DNA of 62,290 nt, counting the filler, from Octopus bimaculoides (lineage: Eukaryota), in NCBI RefSeq assembly GCF_001194135.2. It is 4 parts of 4 records of this genome, joined end to end, with 100 filler letters (N's around TTAATTAATTAA, not from the genome) between each part and the next. Parts side by side here need not be neighbours in the genome. Positions count along the whole stretch, not along the records: positions 43,605 to 56,903 come from NC_068999.1; positions 57,004 to 62,290 come from NC_068986.1; 2 more parts are not named here. The stretch is one strand, 5' to 3'. A program made the translations under genes and the position numbers. Shown here in pieces: positions 52,275-62,290 of this stretch. Under the pieces are notes generated by a model. It was not told the origin of the DNA. It worked only from the letters and a program-made list of their open reading frames with translations, and ran no database searches. Every line of letters begins with the position of its first letter. Within the stretch, counting starts at the first letter, position 1.

Positions 52275-53462
52275 CACCGACTGCATTGCCTAACTGACAG
52301 AGGACTGTGAGCGTCTGATGACACTGTAGGTGCCAGGTACCTTGGCTTGGCTTGGTCTATGTTTGATCCAGTCAAAAGAGACAAGTTGTGGAAGAGCGAG
52401 TTTGATAAACGGCGACAATACCTTCTCACTGTCAGGGAAGCGCTGGAGATATCGTAGCTTCAGCACATGTCAGCGCACCAGTAGCCACAACATGCCCAGT
52501 ACTTCATTCAGCGGGTGTTGACAGCAAATGGAGCGCCTGATCAGCGGAACGCGTCCTTCCACAGAAAGCAGAAGAACATGCGTTCCAGTTTGGTCAGACA
52601 TAAACCGGAGCAGGGTAGTATTTGACAGATGCTATGTAAGCATTCGCCACCTCTACCCAACCTTTCAGATGTAGCTGTCTCTCAGCTCATTTCTGGGTGA
52701 GATTGGTCAGCCTGGTTGTCACCTCATTTTAGCTCTTCTCCACCTGGAGATCTGGACCAAACCAGACCAGACCCCAAGCGATCTAACTGGTTCCTCTTTC
52801 TAGCATCCCACGATATAAGACGGGTTGAACCTGCCACTCCAGGTACCGAGCTACAGACTCACTTATTCTCTTGGTTAATTTTTGCTCCTGTCACCGCCTC
52901 GTATTCTTTTAGTGCAATACCAATCAGGTCTATGTGCCTGTGTTTAACACCATGACGGTGACGTCACCCGTATATGCCAACACGGTTCTCCCACATCCTA
53001 GTTCGCACGGAATGTCTCTCAGAGGCTCCATTTCCCGAAGTAGTGGCTCTACAGCCAGTACATACAAAAGAGACGAGAGGGGACACCATTGACGGACTGA
53101 TCGCAAGATGCCGAAAGGTTCGGAAAGGTAAACATTTACCCAGACTATCGAGCAGATCTCGCTGTACATTGCATTGTGGTGAACCAGCTACGGAAAACGA
53201 CACCGAAACCGACCACCCTGAGAAGGGCCGCCAAGTATTAGTTTTCAACTCTATGGAAGGCTTTCGATTGATCCAAATTTATCCGAGCCCTACCCATGTC
53301 AGCTTCTTTACTCACCCTGTCTATGATGTATTGGATGAGGTAGAGGTTGTCATGGATAGATCTGCTTGGGATGGCACATGTTTGCGCATCATCCATGAGT
53401 TCCTCGACAACAAGCTCCAATCTCTTTGCTAACACCTTGGCCAAAATTTTGAAATGGTTTCT
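52275..53462 (-). pseudogene. Tx1/L1-clade reverse transcriptase remnant
   Basis: FKILAKVLAKRL..QTCAIPSRSIHDNL..LDQSKAFHRV, VRQWCPLSSLLYVLAVEPLL, YTGDVTV (YADD decayed), YEAVTGAKINQE, LERMFFCFLWKGRVPLIRRSICCQHP. Confidence 0.9.
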
Positions 53463-53489
53463 GGTACAGGCAGAAAACAAGCAGTTTTG

Positions 53490-53605
53490 AATGAATGTAC
53501 TTCAGTACTTGACTTGCACTTATTTTACTGACCACGCAAGGATGAAAGTTAAAGTTAACTCCGGTGAGAGTCCATACTTTCACTACTCTAACGCTTCTGC
53601 CAAAT
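53490..53605 (-). mobile_element. SINE family A copy, degraded
   Basis: cacttattttactgacc..aaggatgaaagttaaagttaactccgg...ctaacgcttctgcc. Confidence 0.55.
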
Positions 53606-54381
53606 GAGAAATAAAACAACAAACAAAAAACCCAGCAATATGTGATAATAAAAGTCTCTATATCTAAATGTCTTCATTTTAAAATAGTTCACAACATAAG
53701 TGTCTCCACTTTGTATTCGACCAGAATAAATCCTACACATTCACGTTCTACTTGTTCTAACGTTTCTTTATCCACTGCAAATGTCTCCTTGCCTTGTTTC
53801 AAACATTAGAATGCCTTCATTACTGTATGGTGGGTGGGGAAAAAGAGGAATAATTATCATTTGATGATATCAGTAATATACTTGGTGGCACGGTCTTGGT
53901 GAACCCAGCTAGACGAAACACAGTTTCAATTCACATTTTTAACCAGCCATATAACGAATAATCACAAGCACACTCGGAAATGGCAGGTCATGAATACCAA
54001 AGCATCCCTATTGAAAATGTATACTTAACAACCTTCAATTTGTACCGGATTAAAATATATCCTTAACGTTAAGAACTACACTTTTTAAGTTACCACAAGT
54101 TCGAATCAGCAAGGAGTCGTATTACGACAAAAAATAAAAAGAAAAAAGTATATAAAAATATATTATCTCCATTGGAAAAAAACAGCCTCAAAATATCAAA
54201 AAAGATACACAAAAAACCGATAAAACAGCAACTACAAGAAGCTCAACACAAAAACATACAAAACAAGCTACTACAGCAACAATAGGTAATAGAAATATAA
54301 AGAACTGCTAAAATCTGAACCCAAAACCCCGCTATTATATTGCTAACAATCATGTATAAATGAGGCTAATGAATCTTTTCT

Positions 54382-54397
54382 CTGCTAGATGGCGCTG
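54382..54397 (+). promoter_or_regulatory. Candidate CTCF-binding motif
   Basis: CTGCTAGATGGCGCTG fits the bilaterian CTCF core C..C.AG(A/G)(T/G)GGCGC and lies in non-repeat AT-rich sequence. Confidence 0.4.
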
Positions 54398-54582
54398 CAT
54401 TAGAAAAAAATCTGCGCGATAAATAATGTCGGTTTATAAAACTACATTATTACGTTAGATCTAAAGTCAGTTGTGTGAGCAGTTGATGAAATATCCATTA
54501 GGAGATCGCCCGTGACTTGATCCTAATTGAGTTGTGATCGCGTTTCACATATAACATACACGCGCGCACACACACACACACA

Positions 54583-54637
<55 letters not shown>

Positions 54638-54699
54638 NNNNNNNNNNNNNNNNNNNNNNNNNNNNNNNNNNNNNNNNNNNNNNNNNNNNNNNNNNNNNN

Positions 54700-54741
<42 letters not shown>

Positions 54742-54843
54742 ACACACACATATATATATACACATATATACATTTATATATACATATGTATATACATACA
54801 CACATACAAGCATGCATTTATACATGCATACGTATATAGATAC

Positions 54844-54891
<48 letters not shown>

Positions 54892-55395
54892 NNNNNNNNN
54901 NNNNNNNNNNNNNNNNNNNNNNNNNNNNNNNNNNNNNNNNNNNNNNNNNNNNNNNNNNNNNNNNNNNNNNNNNNNNNNNNNNNNNNNNNNNNNNNNNNNN
55001 NNNNNNNNNNNNNNNNNNNNNNNNNNNNNNNNNNNNNNNNNNNNNNNNNNNNNNNNNNNNNNNNNNNNNNNNNNNNNNNNNNNNNNNNNNNNNNNNNNNN
55101 NNNNNNNNNNNNNNNNNNNNNNNNNNNNNNNNNNNNNNNNNNNNNNNNNNNNNNNNNNNNNNNNNNNNNNNNNNNNNNNNNNNNNNNNNNNNNNNNNNNN
55201 NNNNNNNNNNNNNNNNNNNNNNNNNNNNNNNNNNNNNNNNNNNNNNNNNNNNNNNNNNNNNNNNNNNNNNNNNNNNNNNNNNNNNNNNNNNNNNNNNNNN
55301 NNNNNNNNNNNNNNNNNNNNNNNNNNNNNNNNNNNNNNNNNNNNNNNNNNNNNNNNNNNNNNNNNNNNNNNNNNNNNNNNNNNNNNNNNNNNNNN

Positions 55396-55430
<35 letters not shown>

Positions 55431-55823
55431 GTATGTATATGTATATACACGTGTGTGTGTGTGTTTTTATGTATGTGTCTGTGTATGTGTGTGTATTCAT
55501 ATGTACACATCAATATAGAATTGTTCTGAATAGGGTGGTGATTAGTACGTTTTAATGATGATAATGCTAAATAGATGATGTATACATGCATTCAAGTTCA
55601 TATATACCTTGATTTACAATTATATGACTCAATGAATGCATTAAATATAAACGAATTAATATACATTTACATACATATATATCTATACATTTACATATAT
55701 ATATGTATATACATATATTTGTATATATACATATATATGTATATATATATGCATATATATATATATATATATAGATATATGCATAAAAACATATATATAC
55801 ATATATACATATATAAATATATA

Positions 55824-55875
<52 letters not shown>

Positions 55876-56245
55876 CCCATATCTATCTATCTCTATATAT
55901 ATCCATATAGATATGTATATATNNNNNNNNNNNNNNNNNNNNNNNNNNNNNNNNNNNNNNNNNNNNNNNNNNNNNNNNNNNNNNNNNNNNNNNNNNNNNN
56001 NNNNNNNNNNNNNNNNNNNNNNNNNNNNNNNNNNNNNNNNNNNNNNNNNNNNNNNNNNNNNNNNNNNNNNNNNNNNNNNNNNNNNNNNNNNNNNNNNNNN
56101 NNNNNNNNNNNNNNNNNNNNNNNNNNNNNNNNNNNNNNNNNNNNNNNNNNNNNNNNNNNNNNNNNNNNNNNNNNNNNNNNNNNNNNNNNNNNNNNNNNNN
56201 NNNNNNNNNNNNNNNNNNNNNNNNNNNNNNNNNNNNNNNNNNNNN

Positions 56246-56277
<32 letters not shown>

Positions 56278-56839
56278 ATATATATATATATGTGTGTGTG
56301 TGTGTGTATGTACATATACATACATATATGTATGTGTATGTACATGTATACCTGCTCACACCTACATATCCATATTGCGTGTCGAGTTGAATGTATAGCT
56401 TCACTAATGAACATATGTGTGTATATGCATATACTGCATGCGTATGTATATATGTATTCATTTTCAGGGTATGTAATAGTGCAGCGCGCGTGTGTGTGTG
56501 TGTGTGTGTGTGAGTGTGTGTGTGTGTGATCACGTGCTGCCTGTAAATTTAAAATGAGAATTTTACTTAATAAAATTGATGATCGTTTCTTAAGAGTGTA
56601 CATTTGATAAATGTTCTCAGTTGTTGATGATTATGATATCGACAATGTTGATGGTGACGTTGATGGTGATGATAATTATGATGATAATAATAATTTTCAG
56701 TATCGAAATCTACTACCGTATACAATATGTATGTATTTATGTATGTATATTATATTTGTTATATTATTTATATGTATATATGTTGTATATGTATGTATGT
56801 ATATACACTCATATATAGATATATATTTATATATATACA

Positions 56840-56903
<64 letters not shown>

Positions 56904-57289
56904 NNNNNNNNNNNNNNNNNNNNNNNNNNNNNNNNNNNNNNNNNNNNTTAATTAATTAANNNNNNNNNNNNNNNNNNNNNNNNNNNNNNNNNNNNNNNNN
57001 NNNTATATATATGTATGTATGTATATATATAAGAAAAGAAATGGAGTAACAATTAACAATTAGAATTTGATCGTTGGTATTAAATGGTCATAGTTTAATT
57101 GTAGTTAAAATAACATCTACAGCTGTTTCAGTTTGTCGTTTTTTAGGTAAATTTGCATTTATCTCGTTCCATGTAACAAACATCGTCAAAATGATTTCGA
57201 GTTTATCAGAAGGATAATGACAGGAGAAAAAGAAAAAAGGAAAAGAAAAAGGAAAAATAAAAATAAAAAGGAAAAAAGGGAAAAAAGTT

Positions 57290-57696
57290 TGTTAAGTCTT
57301 ACATGTTTGTGTTCTCTCTATATAATTAATAAAAAAAAACGGAGAAATAGACCACATTAAAAAAGCAACGCGAGGACGTGATACATACAACGTATTAATA
57401 AGACGCCTCGGAAAGGAAAGGAATGGTGGTTGTTTTATGTTTCTAGGAAAGCACTTCTTCGGAAACAGGAGACATAGGAAAGACCAAAAGAAAAGGAAGA
57501 AGGAGAAAAAATCGCCAGCAGTCCACGTGCAGTTACATTTTGGAGTTCATTGGAGGATATATTAACCTCTTAAAGGGATGATTACATCCAAGAAAACATT
57601 GGTTCTATAACTAATATCTTGGGGAAATAAAATTTCCTTAAATCAATTTGTATATATCACAGATAACAAATGCGATTGCAAACGGATATATATACA

Positions 57697-57700
<4 letters not shown>
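57290..57700 (-). mobile_element. Penelope-like 3' region/pLTR with degenerate hammerhead (57432-57466)
   Basis: Homologous to 26340-26498. Minus strand GTTT CCGAAGA A GTGC-ttt-CCTA GAAA CA TA AAAC, with helix I GTTT/AAAC intact. Confidence 0.55.
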
Positions 57701-57731
<31 letters not shown>

Positions 57732-57734
57732 GGA

Positions 57735-57947
57735 AGGTGGGTGTCTTTGTGCCTGTGATTGTCCCTCACTACCTTTTGACAACCGGTGTTGGTTTGTTTA
57801 CGCCTACGAAGCTTTGCGGTTCGGCAAAAAATAGTGATAAAATAAAGTAGCAGATTTAAAAAAAAGTTTTGGGGTTAATTCATACGACCAAAAATTCTTT
57901 AAGGTGATGCTTTAGCATGGCTGTAGTCTAATGCCGGAAACAAGTAA
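57735..57947 (+). mobile_element. SINE family B, 3' half
   Basis: ttgacaaccggtgttggtttgtttacg...gcggttcggcaaaa...gcatggctgtagtctaatg..gaaacaagtaa. Confidence 0.75.
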
Positions 57948-58124
57948 TGTATATATATTTGAGGTTATGAGAGGTAATGGTGTCAAGAAGACCCAAAGGT
58001 GTCAGGTAATGCTGAGTAAGTGCTATGGACAAACTATAGTTAAGCTCCAGGTTCGGTGATTATGCGAATGAGAGGTCCAACGTAGGTCATATATCAGCAT
58101 GCGTATATATGAAAAAAATTAACA

Positions 58125-58547
58125 GAATGAGATAAAAATCCAAGGCTGTGAAAGATTTCAGAACATTTAAAAACAGAAGGTCTTACAGCTGTTTCTGGGA
58201 TATTTTATATATCCCTTCATTGGAGACGGTGTGAGAAAATGGTTAAGCAATAGTTATTCTAGATAAGATATGAAATAGAGAGTGAAGTGGAGGAATGAAA
58301 ATAGACGTGAGATATGCAGCGATACTGCAGGGATACGTAGGTCATATATCAGCATGTGTATATCTCACGTCTATTTTCATTCCTCCACTTCACTCTCTAT
58401 TTCACATCTTCTCTAGAATAACTATTGCTTAACCGTTTTCTCACACCACCTCCGATGAAGGGATATATAAAATATCCCAGAAACAGCTGTAAGACCTATT
58501 TATAAATGTTTTGAAATCTTTCACAGCCTTGGATTTTTATCTCATTC
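58125..58547. repeat. About 190-bp inverted repeat (58125-58315 / 58360-58547) of a Penelope pLTR-type sequence, each arm carrying a hammerhead motif
   Basis: Arms align at about 90% by eye. The right arm has CCGATGA A GGGATAT-ataaa-ATATCCC A GAAA CAGCTG TA AGAC (58452-58495); the left arm has the antisense copy at 58180-58227. Confidence 0.9.
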
Positions 58548-60062
58548 ACATACATACATACATACATTCATATATATATATATATATACAGAGAGACAGA
58601 CAAGGATAGAGATAGAGAGATAGAGAGATAAATAAATAAGTACATTTGTGTGTGTGTGTGTATAAACCATATTCAATTAATAGAAGGATATATCATCGTT
58701 ATCTTTTAATTAGGACCAGACTTCAAATTCACTTGTTAAATTTGTCGCTGTAGAAAGGCAACTTCCATATACTTTATGTGTACTTGAGAACTGAATATTG
58801 ATAACCTGACTGCTTATCGTGAATACTTCACAGTTGTGTTGTGCTGTGTGTAGGTATATGGAGAGTGAAAAGGAGGGAGGAGAAAGAGGAAAAGAATAAG
58901 AGGGGTGAGATCGGAAGAAAGTGAAAAGGTGAGATAGACAGAGAAACAAGGAGAGAAAAAGTGTGAGAAAGAGAGAGAGAGAGAGGGGGGAAGATGATGA
59001 CGACGATGGGTGCTGAATCGGTATGTGCAGCACATTTTTATATAAAGCAAAAATAATTACTTTTTACTTAAGTATGCTCTTGCGTAGCAAACGCTAGCTT
59101 TTCATGAAATTTTCTACGGAAACTTTTTGTCATGTACAATTACAATCACTAATTGATACAATCTTATTTTCTTCACCTTTAATACATCTATACTGTTGAT
59201 ACATAGTCATCTGCATGTATGTTGTTATTGAATTCTGACCTAATTTTGCAAAAGAAAAAAAACACATCATGCATAAAACAAAACAAAACAATGAATACTT
59301 TTGTTAGATGTTGGGTTGCTTATAAAGATTCAATAAAGTGCTAATAGTATTGAAAAAATATAGGTAATTTTATATTAACGAGCCCTGGTGTTGTTTTATC
59401 ATTTTATATGGTTTTGCTGTTGTTGTATCTTCCTTAAAACCTATTTTTTTATGCTTTTAAGTAATTATAAGTTATTACTCTAAATCTTCATTTACGATTG
59501 CGCACTCCGTATTTGAATTCTGCTGATTATACCTTATACATTCTATCAATTTATCAGTCATATATTGATGTTGCTAATGTTGTTTAACTCTGGGCCATCC
59601 ATATGATAAAAAAAAATTAATCCAATCGAGATAATCTTGTCTTTTAAGGTTAAGAAGCACTACATTATCTAATGTGTCATTTTTTTTCTATTTATTGAAG
59701 CCGCTAAGATGTGATTTCAGCTATATATTTCAGGTACCGGTAATAGATACAGTAGCACATTTAGTTTTCTTAATTACGGGTAGTAATTAGTAAATGGATG
59801 ATTGGCCTCTCATGATTTCGAATCAGAAATAAAGATCTAAGGTTGATGGATATTTCTTGACTTCTTTCTAAAATTAATATAGATATTGAAGAAGGGAGAT
59901 AACTACTGTCGAGTCGATTATTTGTCTTATATCACATGCCTCATGCTTCAGTAATATAGAATATCTATATCGCATCAAAGCCATAGATTTATATTCGGCC
60001 GGGAATTATGTAACTTTCATAAAATTATATGACTTTCATGTGTTTCTGAAATCAAAAATATT

Positions 60063-60260
60063 GGTTTCAAATTTTGGCACAAGGACAGCAATTTCGGGGG
60101 AGGAGAAACTTGATTGCATCGACCCTAATGCTCAACTAATACTTATTTCATCGACCTCGAAAGGAGGAAAGGTCTCGGCGGAATTTCATCGCAGAACGGG
60201 AAGACGGATGAAATGTGGCTAAGCATTTTGCCCAGCGTGCTAACGATTCTGTCAGCTCGG
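60063..60260 (-). mobile_element. SINE family A copy
   Basis: Family A blocks in order. Confidence 0.8.
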
Positions 60261-60879
60261 GTAGAAATTCTACCACCATAAACTCTTCCGTGTTCGATAA
60301 AATAAATACCAATTGTATATTCGTTTTTGACCTAATCGATTATGCTGTTTTGCGGAAATATCTGACCTAGTGTTTCTGGTTAATTAAATTTTAAGTAATT
60401 CGTCTCAACACCCAAGGTTCTGCGTTCAAATCACGTTGTAATTTTTCTGTTCCTTCGTGTGCTGTGTAAAGGAATGTGTGCATTTGTTTCGACTTACAAT
60501 TTTATAACAAAAGAAAAGAAAAAAAGGAAATATAAAGAGTTCAAAAGAAACTGGAGGTGGTGACAGCAAACATTATGCAATCAAATTCATGAGTTTGAAT
60601 AATATCGTATCGTATGCTGTAGGGGAAAAGTGGAATGAGACTTTTGGGACTAACGTATTATTTTTTCCGTTGTAAAAGATTTTCTTCAATTAATAATAAC
60701 TGAGTTGGTTATTGTTTAATCGCAGGTCATTTCTGATAAAGCATATCAACGATATAAGGCGTCTCAACTGGGATCATAGTGCTTGCTTTTAGACATAGCG
60801 TTTTGACAACTATATTGTTTGATGTTTGTTTCCTTGGAGAGGTTATTTGACTGTTACTTGTAGTACATCTACAAATCAC

Positions 60880-61040
60880 GTAGCTTCGTGTTTAAGGTGT
60901 TCTGCTCATGAATATATTATCGTGAGTTCAGTTTCTGGACCGGGAAGCGTATTGTGTCTTTGAGCAAGGCACTTCATTTCATTTAGTTCCATTCTGCTCA
61001 CCTGAAAATTAGTACCAGCTGAGTGCTGATGCAGCCCTCC
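60880..61040 (+). mobile_element. SINE family C, 5' half
   Basis: gtgagttcagtttctggaccggg..gtattgtgtctttgagcaaggcacttcatttc. Confidence 0.65.
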
Positions 61041-61329
61041 ACCTCGCCTCTCTCTATCACTTTCTCTCTCTCTCTCGCTCTATTACTTCCCTGTCTCTCT
61101 CTGTCTCTCTCTGTCTGTCTCTGTCTCTGTCTGTTTCTGTATCTCTCTCTCTCTGTCTCTCTCCCCTCTCTCACTCTCTCTTTCACTCAGTCCTCCCCCC
61201 CCCCCCNNNNNNNNNNNNNNNNCCCCCCCCAGCCACTCTCTCTTCAACTGTTACATTATCGATGTTCTGCTGGATCAAAGTCAGGAAGGCTTTACAGTGT
61301 ATCTATGCTTGCCTGTGACTATCATTACT

Positions 61330-61572
61330 GTCTCAAGTACCCGGACTCATGGGGCTAGTTAGCCGTTTTCCAAAGCGTATAAGTGATCGAAATCACAGCA
61401 TTCCCTATGGACAGGACGCCGGTCTGTCACAGAGTTACCCATTTACAGCTGAGAGGAGCAACGTGAAATGAAGCGTTTTGCACAATAACACAATACACCA
61501 CTCGTTACGAGAATCGAAACACAATTTTGCAATCGTGAATTCAAAACACTAACCACTAAGGCACGCCCCTTC
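61330..61572 (-). mobile_element. SINE family C (CORE-like) copy
   Basis: ttacccatttacagctgag..gcaacgtgaaatgaagcgttttgc...gagaatcgaaac...ctaaccactaaggcacg. Confidence 0.7.
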
Positions 61573-62084
61573 ACAACTCGCCTATACATCCGAGTAAATG
61601 CTGAAAAGTTCCAACCTTTAAGGGTATTGCGAAAGGCCTGGTTGGAGGACAAACTTTCCAAGTTCTTTTACAGAGCTTAGAAGAACTGAAGAACCGCTGC
61701 AATAATCTGAAAGGGGAATGTGGTGAGTAAGACCATAATTAACTGATCCTCCTGTATTTTCTTTTAACCAAAGCCAGGAGCTTATCAGCACCCCTCGTAT
61801 ATACCTTAAACAATCAACAAAAGAATGCACGTGTTGTCAGACGAAACTCGCTGGCGGGTTATGACTGGCAATACTTAACTAGCCCCCTATAGTTCGTTTT
61901 CTTTGATTCTCGGTCTAGTGAAGATGATTAACAAAATCAAGCATTCCTTAATTATTGATTTGCGTACCAGAATGTTGTTACATGAAATCTTGATATCGTG
62001 AATTATGGAGTCCCGAGATGCATCGTTGCTATACAATTCACCATCACAATTAACTACCTCCACCATTGACAGCACGAACATTAG

Positions 62085-62290
62085 CAGCAGCAACAGCAGC
62101 AGCAACACTACCGTCATTACTACAGCCCCTAACATCACGATAACCAGCACGTTAATGCCACAATTACCAGTGTCACCACCACCACCACCACTACCACCAT
62201 TACTACCACCACCACCACCACCATTACCACCACCACCACCACCACCATTACCACCACCACCACCACCACCACCAATACCATTACCGACAC
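62085..62290. repeat. Imperfect (CAG)/(ACC)n low-complexity array
   Basis: Direct reading; continues to the window edge. Confidence 0.9.

Noticed and set aside
53690-53850. Strong minus-strand acceptor ttcctctttttccccacccaccatacAG
   Set aside because: Every frame closes within 18 codons, and no good donor follows.
62085-62290. Thr/Pro-rich mucin-like coding potential
   Set aside because: Indistinguishable from the many other trinucleotide arrays here, with no flanking exon evidence.

Overview
Eukaryotic (animal) DNA, AT-rich and repeat-saturated, with about 17 N-gaps flanked by microsatellites. The repeat repertoire looks like a coleoid cephalopod, probably Octopus (inference). No host protein-coding gene can be supported with confidence, and almost all long ORFs in the track are microsatellite or gap artefacts. 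The window is a patchwork of tRNA-derived SINEs (several families, dozens of copies) and degraded retroelements: R4/Dong-type RLE LINEs, Tx1/L1-type, CR1 and Penelope-like. It also holds DNA transposon fossils: Tc1 with intact TIRs, DD37D mariner, Tigger/pogo and a possible Chapaev3-like piece. The most interesting signal is RNA-level. At least four unrelated Penelope-type terminal-repeat families carry minimal type I hammerhead ribozyme motifs with palindromic helix III, and several read CCGA(N)GA instead of the canonical CUGA(N)GA core. Two of these elements form long inverted repeats. There are also signs of microsatellite-targeted LINE insertion into (AAT)n and (TACA)n arrays. All coordinates, alignments and identities were read by eye and are approximate at element edges.
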